This document shows positions 1 through 8,378 of a DNA stretch of 64,000 nt, one piece after another. How positions within the stretch are numbered: the first letter of the stretch is position 1; each line of letters begins with the position of its first letter. Position numbers and translations under genes: made by a program. The stretch is from Actinomycetota bacterium. Its GTDB lineage: Bacteria; Actinomycetota; Rubrobacteria; Rubrobacterales; Rubrobacteraceae. The notes beneath the pieces were generated by a model. It did no database searches. It was not told the origin of the DNA and worked only from the letters and a program-made list of their open reading frames with translations. Location of the stretch: contig JBKPSF010000035.1 in NCBI GenBank assembly GCA_046734875.1, positions 7,907 to 71,906 on the forward strand, in the 5' to 3' direction.

Positions 1-533
1 GAGCCACCGTCTTCGCGGCCATGGCGTACCTTCCTCTCCCACCAGAGGGCGATGGTGGAGACGGGGTCCTCCTCCCAGGTGGCGTAGCGGCCGGCGATGC
101 GGCCCGCTTTTTTCCAGTTCATCACCGACAGGCAAACGTCGCGGCCGTCGCGGACGATGTGGACGAACTTCGCATCGGGCCACAGGGCGTGCACCTTGGG
201 GATGGAGGTTACGTAGGAAGGACTCTTGTCACCCACCAGCGGTTTGCCTCTGGCCTCGGCATACAGCTGGAAGAGATCGCCAAGGAAGCGCTTGTACGGG
301 ACCGCTTCGCCGAGCAAGCCCTCGAACTCCTCGCGCCCGACTCCTAGCCCGGCAAACCTCTTGTGCTCTACCATCTCGGAGACCATCTCCGGGGTGACTA
401 CTAGCTCCTTGAAGTGGTTCGTGATCCAGTGCGTCTCGTGAATGACGGCCACAAGCGGGTGCGCGTCTACCAATCGGTGCAGCAGCGTCGTCCCCGACCT
501 CGCGCACCCCACGATGAAGAGGTGCGGGTTCAC
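1..533 (-). CDS. Sulfotransferase family protein (runs off the window edge)
   Basis: Not in ORF track. Hand translation from GTG 533: VNPHLFIVGCARSGTTLLHRLVDAHP...GDKSPSY...FVHIVRDGRDVCLS, containing the 5'-PSB (RSGTT) and 3'-PB (VRDGRDV.S) motifs; start overlaps upstream TGA (GTGA). Confidence 0.85.
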   Translation of the reverse strand, partial: MNPHLFIVGCARSGTTLLHRLVDAHPLVAVIHETHWITNHFKELVVTPEMVSEMVEHKRFAGLGVGREEFEGLLGEAVPYKRFLGDLFQLYAEARGKPLVGDKSPSYVTSIPKVHALWPDAKFVHIVRDGRDVCLSVMNWKKAGRIAGRYATWEEDPVSTIALWWERKVRHGREDGG

Positions 534-853
534 ACTCGCCAGCGCTCCAGCAACCGGTCCCCCCGATCTCGCAGATCTTCTCGGAAGAAGTGACGAATCT
601 TCCGCCCATGTTTCAGCGCCTCCAGCGATGGGCGTGGGACGGTCCGAGCGTAACCGAGTTCGTCGAGAAGTTCACCGAGCGCTGCCTCAAAGCGCTCGAC
701 ATCTCTGGCTGGCATCTGTGACCTCCCCTCCCCGAGACCCGAGGTGACCGGTTGCCAAGCCCTCTTCGCATCCAGGCCTGGCTCCGTCCGCTCCCGGCTT
801 TCATGGAAGCGGAACATCTCATCTTCGTATGGTAGACCGAGAAAGGTGCATAG
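530..853 (-). pseudogene. C-terminal remnant of a second sulfotransferase
   Basis: LCTFLGLPYEDEMFRFHE...DVERFEAALGELLDELGY resembles sulfotransferase C-termini; no PAPS-binding N-terminus upstream in frame. Confidence 0.6.
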
Positions 854-1063
854 CGCAACACGTTCATGTAACTGGCTGCGTGGTAGCACCGATCGGGGGC
901 CGGGGCGGTGTGGTGGGGGGGAATGTGCGAAAATGCGCTCCCTGTGCTTGTGCGCGCCGTAGCGTATCTGTTGAAATGTCGCACAAGGCCTTGTGCACTC
1001 GGTCTTGTTCTGGGGTCCCGCCGGGGATTGCCGACGACATAAGGATGGGGAAAGGAGATGATC

Positions 1064-1420
1064 ATGGCACAACGTCAGGCACCTTCGGGTGGTTCGGTAG
1101 ACGCCGAATCTGAAGTGGTGCAGGATTATCAGCGGCTGAAGCCCAACACCGTTGGCTACCTCTTCGCGACGGTCGTACTGACCATTTTCACGGTCGGGTA
1201 TGTCGCCATGGCACGCTACATCACAGCGGCTGGGGCCTTCTATGGATACATCTCCCACGGTCTTGGCCAGGTGGTGGGCATGGCGTCCGGCCTCCTGGCT
1301 TGCCTGGCATACATAGTATTCGAGGCCTCTTTGATAGGGATCTTCTCCTCCTTCGCGGAGACCACATTCAAGGCGCAGCTTGGTCTTGGTGTGCCGTGGC
1401 AAGCGTTCGCGATCCAATGA
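1064..1420 (+). pseudogene. Truncated APC-family amino acid/amine permease
   Basis: GYVAMARYITAAGAFYGYISHGLG is an APC permease motif; only ~118 aa against the usual ~500; RBS AAGGAG upstream. Confidence 0.7.
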
Positions 1421-1433
1421 GAAGGGAGACATA

Positions 1434-3359
1434 GTGTCGATTATCGATGAAAAGGCTATCGTAGCTGATCATCCCTTGACGCCGCTGCGCGAGGAAGAGA
1501 TCTCGGCCGCCGTCGAGATCCTGAAGAGGGAGCGCAGTCTGGGCGAAAAGATCCGCTTTGCAGGCGTAACGCTGAACGAGCCGCCCAAAGAGCAGGTGCT
1601 TGCTTTCAAGCCGGAAGACGACTTCGAGCGCGAAGCTCTCATCGTGATGGTCAACGGCGCGGAGGAAGCCGCCTACGAGGCGGTGGTGTCGCTTACCGAA
1701 GGCAAGGTCAAGTCCTGGGAACATATACCCGACGTCCAGCCTCCCATCGTGCTCGAGGAGTTCGATGAGTGCGAGAACGCTTGCAAGGAGAACCCCGATT
1801 TCCAGGAGGCGCTGAGGAAGCGCGGCGTCACGGACATGGACCTGGTCGTCGTGGACCCGTGGTCGGCGGGGAGCTACGGTGACGAGGAGGGGCGACGCAT
1901 CAGCCGGGCGCTAACCTGGGTAAGGCTCGACCCGGAAGACAACCCCTACGCCCATCCCGTGGACAACCTCGTCACGATCGTCGACCTGAACAAGATGGAG
2001 GTCGTTCGGGTCGAGGATCACGGGGTGGTGCCTATCCCGCAAGAGAAGGGCAACTACACACCCGAGGCCGCCGGCGAGCGCAAGGGTCTCAAGCCGATTG
2101 GGATCACACAGCCCGAGGGAACCAGCTTCGAGGTCAACGGGCACGAGATCCGCTGGCAGAAGTGGCGAATGCGCATAGGATTCACTCCCCGCGAGGGCCT
2201 GGTGCTCTACACCGTAGGTTACGAAGACGGCGGGCGTGTGCGACCGATCCTGTACAGGGCCTCCCTCTCGGAGATGGTAGTCCCTTACGGGGATCCCAGG
2301 CCTGGTCAGTGGCGCAAGAACGCCTTCGATGCGGGCGAGTACAACGTGGGCGCCCTGGCCAACTCCCTCGAGCTCGGGTGCGACTGCCTCGGCGAGATAA
2401 GATACTTCGACGCCGTGGTCACCGACGGCGACGGAAATCCGCTCACTATCAAGAACGCCGTGTGCCTGCACGAGGAAGATTACGGTCTGCTCTGGAAGCA
2501 CTTCGACATGCGCACCGAGGGCACCGAGGTCCGGCGCTCCCGCCGGCTCGTGATCTCCTTCATCGCCACCGTCGCCAACTATGAGTACGGTTTCTTCTGG
2601 TACTTCTACCAGGACGGCACCATCGAGTTCGAAGGCAAGCTTACCGGCATCGTCTCGACGGGGGCTCTCCCACCCGGTGAGAAGACCCGACACGGCCAGC
2701 TCCTGAACAACGACGGTCTCTACGGTCCGATCCACCAGCATTTCTTCAACTTCAGGCTGGATATGGACGTGGACGGGCAGGCCAACACCGTTTACGAAGT
2801 GAACACCGAGGCCGTACCACCCGGAGAAGAGAATCCCCACGGCAACGCCTACTACGCAAAAGCCACCCCGATCTCCAGTGAGGCGGAGGGAGGGCGGAAT
2901 GTGGAGGCACTCTCAGCGCGCTACTGGAAGGTGGTCAACGAGTCGTCCAGGAATGCCCTCGGCGACCCGGTGGCGTACAAGCTCATGCCTAAAACCAACG
3001 TCTTGCCGTTTGCGCAACAAGACGCGCAGGTCACCAAGCGCGCCGGTTTCGCGAGCAAGCATTTCTGGGTGACTCCATACGAGCACTCCGAAAAGCATGC
3101 CGCCGGCGCTTATCCGAACCAGAATCCTGGCGGCGATGGCCTGGTCGAATGGACGCAGCAGGATCGCTCAGTGAAGGACGAGGACGTGGTGATCTGGTAC
3201 ACGCTCGGCTCCCACCACCCCGTCCGCCCAGAGGACTGGCCCGTGATGCCGGTGCAAAATGCGGGCTTCATGCTTCAGCCGGAGGGATTCTTCGACAGAA
3301 ACCCAGCCCTCGACGTGCCGAGACCAAGCACGAACGGCCACTGCAACCACGAAGCCTGA
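1434..3359 (+). CDS. Copper-containing primary amine oxidase (TPQ)
   Basis: TVANYEY TPQ consensus, HQH and downstream H copper ligands, EDWPVMP, N2/N3 domains; GTG start after GGGAG. Confidence 0.95.
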   Translation: MSIIDEKAIVADHPLTPLREEEISAAVEILKRERSLGEKIRFAGVTLNEPPKEQVLAFKPEDDFEREALIVMVNGAEEAAYEAVVSLTEGKVKSWEHIPDVQPPIVLEEFDECENACKENPDFQEALRKRGVTDMDLVVVDPWSAGSYGDEEGRRISRALTWVRLDPEDNPYAHPVDNLVTIVDLNKMEVVRVEDHGVVPIPQEKGNYTPEAAGERKGLKPIGITQPEGTSFEVNGHEIRWQKWRMRIGFTPREGLVLYTVGYEDGGRVRPILYRASLSEMVVPYGDPRPGQWRKNAFDAGEYNVGALANSLELGCDCLGEIRYFDAVVTDGDGNPLTIKNAVCLHEEDYGLLWKHFDMRTEGTEVRRSRRLVISFIATVANYEYGFFWYFYQDGTIEFEGKLTGIVSTGALPPGEKTRHGQLLNNDGLYGPIHQHFFNFRLDMDVDGQANTVYEVNTEAVPPGEENPHGNAYYAKATPISSEAEGGRNVEALSARYWKVVNESSRNALGDPVAYKLMPKTNVLPFAQQDAQVTKRAGFASKHFWVTPYEHSEKHAAGAYPNQNPGGDGLVEWTQQDRSVKDEDVVIWYTLGSHHPVRPEDWPVMPVQNAGFMLQPEGFFDRNPALDVPRPSTNGHCNHEA

Positions 3360-3418
3360 GCATGCCTGCGTGGGTGGCTACCCTTCCTGGGGACCTCGTC
3401 CGTAGCGGCCTCCCGTCA

Positions 3419-3465
3419 CTACAGCAGCTTGCAATGAGGTGCAACCTCATTGCAAGCTGCTGTAG
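3419..3465. repeat. Perfect 22-bp inverted repeat (3-nt loop) between convergent genes
   Basis: CTACAGCAGCTTGCAATGAGGT-GCA-ACCTCATTGCAAGCTGCTGTAG. Confidence 0.9.
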
Positions 3466-3514
3466 ATCTCGACTTTCCGAAAACCTATGCTCCGCTCCTG
3501 TCCTCGCGTTCATT

Positions 3515-3787
3515 CTAGGACGTGAGCGGAAGTACCTCACGGCCGCAGGCGGGGCAGTGGAACACCCCATCGGGCAAGCGCCGCATCTGGGGGTGTTTGC
3601 ACTCCTCGCAGGCGTGGCTGCCCAAGGCGTCAGGCAGGGCGACTATCTCGCGGAGTGCTCCCAGCATCGCTCCGCCCAGGGAGCCGCCGCAGCTATCACA
3701 GCGCGCCGAGTCGCGATTGATTAACTTGAGAATACTGGCTTCGCAGAGGGGACAGCGAGGCTTCGGGGCTGAAGATGAACCTTTCAT
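3515..3787 (-). CDS. Small double zinc-ribbon protein
   Basis: Four CxxC pairs (CPLC, CDSC, CEEC, CPAC) in 90 aa; abuts the upstream gene. Confidence 0.7.
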   Translation of the reverse strand: MKGSSSAPKPRCPLCEASILKLINRDSARCDSCGGSLGGAMLGALREIVALPDALGSHACEECKHPQMRRLPDGVFHCPACGREVLPLTS

Positions 3788-4009
3788 CTATGCCGCCCTA
3801 AGGTCTGGTTGCTCGTCTTCGATCAGCCCGGCTCGCGCGGCGGGATCCTGAACGAAGAACCCTTCTGGGTCTAGGGGGAACCTCACCCGGACATCGGTGT
3901 TCGGGTACCGTTCCCTCACGAAGCTCATCGCTTGTTGGATACTCCAGGCCCGAACCGCTACATCCAGGCGGGCGGTTCCGTAACGCACCTCGATAGAAAC
4001 TTTCACCAT
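3788..4009 (-). CDS. Small hypothetical protein (73 aa)
   Basis: RBS GAGGTG before ATG; downstream of conserved promoter module; protein-like sequence. Confidence 0.7.
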   Translation of the reverse strand: MVKVSIEVRYGTARLDVAVRAWSIQQAMSFVRERYPNTDVRVRFPLDPEGFFVQDPAARAGLIEDEQPDLRAA

Positions 4010-4065
4010 CTGAGATCACCTCTTCCTCGTGAGCCCGTCTCCGTGCGGGCTCTCTACTGAAATGC

Positions 4066-4136
4066 AGAGTAAAGGGCGAGCTTTAGCTGGCTCTTAACCA
4101 GAAGGCCAAAAAACGTAGTCAGGTTGACTATCTTTG
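4066..4136 (-). promoter_or_regulatory. 71-bp bipartite promoter module, copy D
   Basis: Reverse complement: CAAAGATAGTCAACCTGACTAC...CTGGTTAAGAG CCAGCTAAAGC tcgccctt TACTCT; colinear with copies at 4284, 43196 and 44816. Confidence 0.85.
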
Positions 4137-4283
4137 CGGGAAAGTCTTGCCTAACGCCGGCACCGGGGACGCCAGATCGCCGCCTGGGTAACCGAACGTC
4201 GTTCCCCCTCCTCGTAGCGGGATCGTCGGGCTTCACGCCCGAGTGACTTACGGGGGCGAGCCATATTTACCCGGCTCAACCGC

Positions 4284-4354
4284 AAAAAATGATCAACATA
4301 ACTACGCCTTCAGGCCCTCCAGCTAAGAGCCAGCTAAGTGGCGCCCTCTATAGT
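4284..4354 (+). promoter_or_regulatory. 71-bp bipartite promoter module, copy A (degenerate palindrome)
   Basis: AAAAAATGATCAACATAACTAC...CCAGCTAAGAG CCAGCTAAGTG gcgccctc TATAGT; gap-free alignment to the other copies. Confidence 0.8.
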
Positions 4355-4404
4355 GCTTGTGTGAGTGACCAATCGTCGAAAACTGGAGAAAGAAGGACAC
4401 GCAT

Positions 4405-5778
4405 ATGGGCACAGAAGAAGTGGTGACGGAGACGTTGGCTAGTAGCGCCATCTCTCGGCGTGGGGCGTTGAAGCTGATGGGTGGTGCCACCCTTGGCCTG
4501 TTCGTCTTACCCACGTTCCCATCGACCGCTTCCGCAGCCGGGAAGCTCCGGCCACCGTCCAGGATCTCCTCTCTCGGCACGTTCGATGGAGTCGAATATT
4601 TTCAGTACGACGGATTGTTCGTCGGCAGGACGTCGAAGGGGAAATATAGCGTGCCGTACCGGATCAGCGCGCCGGCCAACCCGAGGAGGGCTGGCCGCGG
4701 CACGGTGCTCGTCGAGCCTCCGCACTTCGCACAAGGCACATATTTGCGTGATAGCCTTCTTGGCAGGCCGTTCCTGTTCGGCGAAGATCGGCGTTTCCTG
4801 CACGCCTCGGTCGGCTATAGCACGATCTCCAACCGGATCCTCGATCCCACGGCGCAGGGCGTCTTCATCAATGGCGGAGTCGTCGATGGGAACGGCCGGA
4901 CAGACGACGAGATCATCGTCGACTTCGCCCGCGCGTTGAGGAGCGATCCGGCCCGCGCCCTTATAGGACCGGCTACGCGGCGCTACCTCGCGGGGTTCTC
5001 AGACTCCGCCGATCCGGTAAAGCGGATCATTGCCACGGGGCTCGCCGAGGACGTCTTCGATCTGGTGTTGCCGATCACCACAGGCAGCGAAAACGACCCC
5101 CAGGTGGCCATCTCGAAAGGCAAATACAGCGGCAAGATCATCAGCGTCGCTTCCGAGTTCGAGTGGTACTGGGGCCGGGCTCTCGAAGATCGCGAAGTGA
5201 AACCCGATCAATATCGCTACTTCATCGTGCCCGGCTCACCGCACATACCGGATCCTCTGTGTTCCTTCCCCTTGACCAATCGCTCGACCCCCGCCGGATT
5301 TCAGCCTGCGCTCCGCGCCCACTTCTTGCAGGGCCACGACTGGGTCACCCAAGGCGACGCGCCGCCCACGAGCACGCGCCTGAAGACGACCGGTGGCGGA
5401 GGGATCGCCCGCGACTTGCGGGGTAACGCGCTGCTGGTCGAGACCACGGGCGCCTCCGCGCCGCGGCTGCCCTACGTCGAGCTCGGCGAGGCCACGTTTA
5501 TCGTGCCCATACCCGGGGCCACTACGCCCCCGGAAGTACTCCTGGGCACCTATGCGCCGCAGCCTCCGCCGAAGATCGAGCAGCTCGGCTTCTCGACTTT
5601 CGACGACTACCTGGCCGCGTTCGAGAAAGCGCTCGAAGCACAGGTACGAGCCGGCTACATGCTCGAAGACGACAGGGTAGTACTGCTGGAGCGCGCCAAT
5701 CTGTTCCCGTCGGAGACTTTCACGGAGAATTACTACCACCACTATAACGAGTTCCGATCCGGCGAATACTGCCCATGA
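4405..5778 (+). CDS. Tat-secreted alpha/beta-hydrolase-domain protein
   Basis: SRRGALK twin-arginine signal with ASA cleavage site; YLAGFSDS nucleophile-elbow-like motif; VPGSPH; C-terminal GYMLEDD. Confidence 0.75.
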   Translation: MGTEEVVTETLASSAISRRGALKLMGGATLGLFVLPTFPSTASAAGKLRPPSRISSLGTFDGVEYFQYDGLFVGRTSKGKYSVPYRISAPANPRRAGRGTVLVEPPHFAQGTYLRDSLLGRPFLFGEDRRFLHASVGYSTISNRILDPTAQGVFINGGVVDGNGRTDDEIIVDFARALRSDPARALIGPATRRYLAGFSDSADPVKRIIATGLAEDVFDLVLPITTGSENDPQVAISKGKYSGKIISVASEFEWYWGRALEDREVKPDQYRYFIVPGSPHIPDPLCSFPLTNRSTPAGFQPALRAHFLQGHDWVTQGDAPPTSTRLKTTGGGGIARDLRGNALLVETTGASAPRLPYVELGEATFIVPIPGATTPPEVLLGTYAPQPPPKIEQLGFSTFDDYLAAFEKALEAQVRAGYMLEDDRVVLLERANLFPSETFTENYYHHYNEFRSGEYCP

Positions 5779-5820
5779 CGTGTTGCTCCTTCTGCAGCGG
5801 AAATCCGACCGACGTGCTAT

Positions 5821-6588
5821 TCACGTGGGCCGTTGGGACCGTGAGGCCACCCTCCATTCATCGAAGGTGCGGACCGCCAACCGGCCTTTCGCGCTGTACA
5901 GGACCCGGATCTCCTCTCCGCAATCCTCGACTTCGGCCCGACGGGGCCGGTAGGCGTCTTCGTGAACTACTCGGTCTCGCAACTCGCCGATTCGTAGTCC
6001 CTGCAGTTGCAGCAGGACCGCCCGCACCGAACGATCGGGGAACGCCTCGACGCTCGCCCTCGCCGGCCGCCGGCCGAAGTCGTCGACCTCGATCCTCGCG
6101 ATGGCGACCTCGCTCTCGTCCAGCTTTCGCGGACGCACGCCCTCCACGACTGTGTTGACGAGCACGTTGCGTAGCCCGTCGAACGTGAACTTCCGTATGG
6201 CGTCACCGAGCAGCTCGGCGAGGCCCTCGAATCGCTCGAGCCTCTCGTGATGGCGTGCGTCACGAAAGAAGGGGCGGTACAGGTAGTTGGAATAGACGAA
6301 CGTCGCGAAGAACACCTCCCAAGCCTGAGCGAGGCTGATCACGCACAGCATGTAGTGTTTTCTTCGCAGGTGCTGCTCCGCGGCGAAAATGAGCAGTTCG
6401 TAGGCAGGGTCGATCGCGTCGCCGAACACCCAGAACGGCCTGCCACACTCGGTACAGGCGACGTAGCAACCGGAATAATAAGGACCCGGATCGCCAATGT
6501 CGTCGACGCGGTTGAAGGTGCAAAGGGTGCCACACTCGTCGCAGCGGGCGGTGATGGTCTCGTAATCCTTGCTCTCGATCTCACCCAT
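5821..6588 (-). CDS. Zn-ribbon + HEPN-like hypothetical protein
   Basis: CDEC/CTEC at the N-terminus; AQAWEVFF helix and RDRVVH (Rx4H) motif. Confidence 0.6.
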   Translation of the reverse strand: MGEIESKDYETITARCDECGTLCTFNRVDDIGDPGPYYSGCYVACTECGRPFWVFGDAIDPAYELLIFAAEQHLRRKHYMLCVISLAQAWEVFFATFVYSNYLYRPFFRDARHHERLERFEGLAELLGDAIRKFTFDGLRNVLVNTVVEGVRPRKLDESEVAIARIEVDDFGRRPARASVEAFPDRSVRAVLLQLQGLRIGELRDRVVHEDAYRPRRAEVEDCGEEIRVLYSAKGRLAVRTFDEWRVASRSQRPT

Positions 6589-6734
6589 TCCAGGCTACGT
6601 TACAACGTCTACTCTGGATTTTCACTATCGTAAGAACCTTTCCCGTACCCGCGAGTACCTACTTCGAGGCACCGTTCTGACACGGGCTTTCGCGCAACGT
6701 CGGGGTTAGGGAAATTCTCGGAAGCTTTCGAAAT

Positions 6735-6778
6735 TCACATCATAATCACATCCGATTCACATCTTCGCCAGCTACACT
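6735..6778 (+). promoter_or_regulatory. Three TCACATC direct repeats (period 11) plus -10 TACACT; OmpR/PhoB-type activated promoter
   Basis: TCACATC at 6735, 6746 and 6757; TACACT at 6773. Confidence 0.75.
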
Positions 6779-6815
6779 GTCTCCCAGAAGCAATCGAACA
6801 GGATGAGGTGATGAA

Positions 6816-7169
6816 GTGTACGCGAACGCTCTCAACGTAAGGACGTTGGTGATAGCCGCGGCGCTCGCGGTGTTGCTAGCCCTCGGCGCCGCAGGGATCG
6901 CCTACGCCAACAATGGCGGCGGCGACTCCGAGGAGCAGCTCACGGGTACCGATGCCCAGAAGGCCAAGAGCGCCGCGATCGCGGCGGTTGGAGGCGGGAG
7001 CGTCACCGAGGTCGAGCGAGACGACGGCGGCAACGGCGCCTTCGAGGTCGAGGTCGCCCGCAAGGACGGCAGCCAGGTCGAGGTCCATCTCGATAGCAAG
7101 TACAACGTCGTAGGCCAGGAAGCCGACGATGACGGGACCAACGACGAGGACGGACCCAACGAGGACTGA
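6816..7169 (+). CDS. Secreted PepSY-domain protein
   Basis: Signal peptide; AKSAAIAAVGGGSVTEVERD...FEVEV...VEVHLD; acidic tail; RBS GAGGTG. Confidence 0.85.
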   Translation: MYANALNVRTLVIAAALAVLLALGAAGIAYANNGGGDSEEQLTGTDAQKAKSAAIAAVGGGSVTEVERDDGGNGAFEVEVARKDGSQVEVHLDSKYNVVGQEADDDGTNDEDGPNED

Positions 7170-7405
7170 TCCCACGGGCGTATCGTGAACCATTCGTAGC
7201 TGATCGGAGGGGCCGGGGCATCGGAGTAGGCTTTTGTCCGAAGTTCGCATAGTCCCGGTCCAACAGCTATGAGCGTACCGGGCTCAGGCCTGCTTCCTCG
7301 GGGCATTATCTCGACCTCCCCATAGTACCCTTCGGATAGAGGTGCCCGTCTGTGGTGTACCCGGCCCATAGGACCGGGGCGAAGCCACGTTCCGGGACAT
7401 ACGCC

Positions 7406-7455
7406 AAAGATAGTCTATTTGGGGGATGTGCCCTCTGTAGAGGGTCGTGTACGCT
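7406..7455 (+). promoter_or_regulatory. Class-2 motif promoter (25-bp box, 19-nt spacer, -10 TACGCT)
   Basis: AAAGATAGTCTATTTGGGGGATGTG; same geometry at 39566(+) and 62372(-). Confidence 0.55.
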
Positions 7456-7503
7456 GCCCTCGCATACCGAAGCCCCACAGCAGACGAATAGGAGTAGGAA
7501 GGC

Positions 7504-8109
7504 ATGGTCGAGCAGACGGAGAGGTACTGCAGCAACTGTGGGCATGAGTTGAGGCCGGAAGCTCGATTCTGTTCGAACTGCGGAGAGCCGGTCAACCGTG
7601 GCGCAAGGGTTCCCACCCCGCACGCAGATAGACCGGTGCCGCCGCTATCCTCGCCACCACGAAAGACAATCGTCAGGAGGCGCTTGCCGGGCTCCGGCGC
7701 CTTGCGGGGCCGTGGGAGAAGACTGCTGGTCTTACTGGTTTTGGTAGGACTTTTCCTCTTTCTGGTGCTACCGGTCGTGCTCGAGGGCCTCATCGCGTGG
7801 AGGCTGCAGACGGCATTTGGGACACCGACGAAGCCAGACGTCCAGCTTTCTTCGAACTTTCCACCCGAACTGCTCCTGGGCCGCATCGACCGAATCCGGG
7901 TGGGAATGGACCAGGCAACCCTGCAAGGCGTCACTGTTTACGGCGCCCAGGCCGACCTGAAAGACGTAAAGGTCTCGGTGCCGAGTCTCCTTGGGGGAAA
8001 TCCCACGATCGAGACCCAAAGTTGCTCCATAACCGCGGAATCGCCCCCGGTTTTCATCGATCAGAATCAGGCGTGTCTTGGCTATCTGGGACTCGGAGCT
8101 GGCTATTGA
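7504..8109 (+). CDS. Zinc-ribbon membrane protein with DUF2993/LmeA-like domain
   Basis: CSNCG...FCSNCG ribbon, one TM helix, FPPELLLGRIDRIRV segment. Confidence 0.7.
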   Translation: MVEQTERYCSNCGHELRPEARFCSNCGEPVNRGARVPTPHADRPVPPLSSPPRKTIVRRRLPGSGALRGRGRRLLVLLVLVGLFLFLVLPVVLEGLIAWRLQTAFGTPTKPDVQLSSNFPPELLLGRIDRIRVGMDQATLQGVTVYGAQADLKDVKVSVPSLLGGNPTIETQSCSITAESPPVFIDQNQACLGYLGLGAGY

Positions 8110-8378
8110 AACTTGGATGGGGCACCTGCCTTTGGGAAGAACCAGATAGGGTTTATTGGAGGAAAGAGGGTGACAGGGGGGCGGCTGGGCTACCAGACCT
8201 ACAGGCAAGAAGTAGAGCCCGATTCGGCCCCAGCCCCGGCGTAACTCTCCCAGCTCCACCCCGTAGACATCGAGCCATCAGCCAGGAAAAGCCGACCGCT
8301 GAAAGCTGGTGGCGCGCAGCGCGTAGGGCTCGAGCCGCACGATCAAACATGTATCGGGAACGCGGAGATCAAGAGTAG

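Noticed and set aside
4066-4354. Inverted copies as MITE terminal repeats
   Set aside because: Other copies are unpaired, always point into a gene and end in a -10; no target duplication seen.
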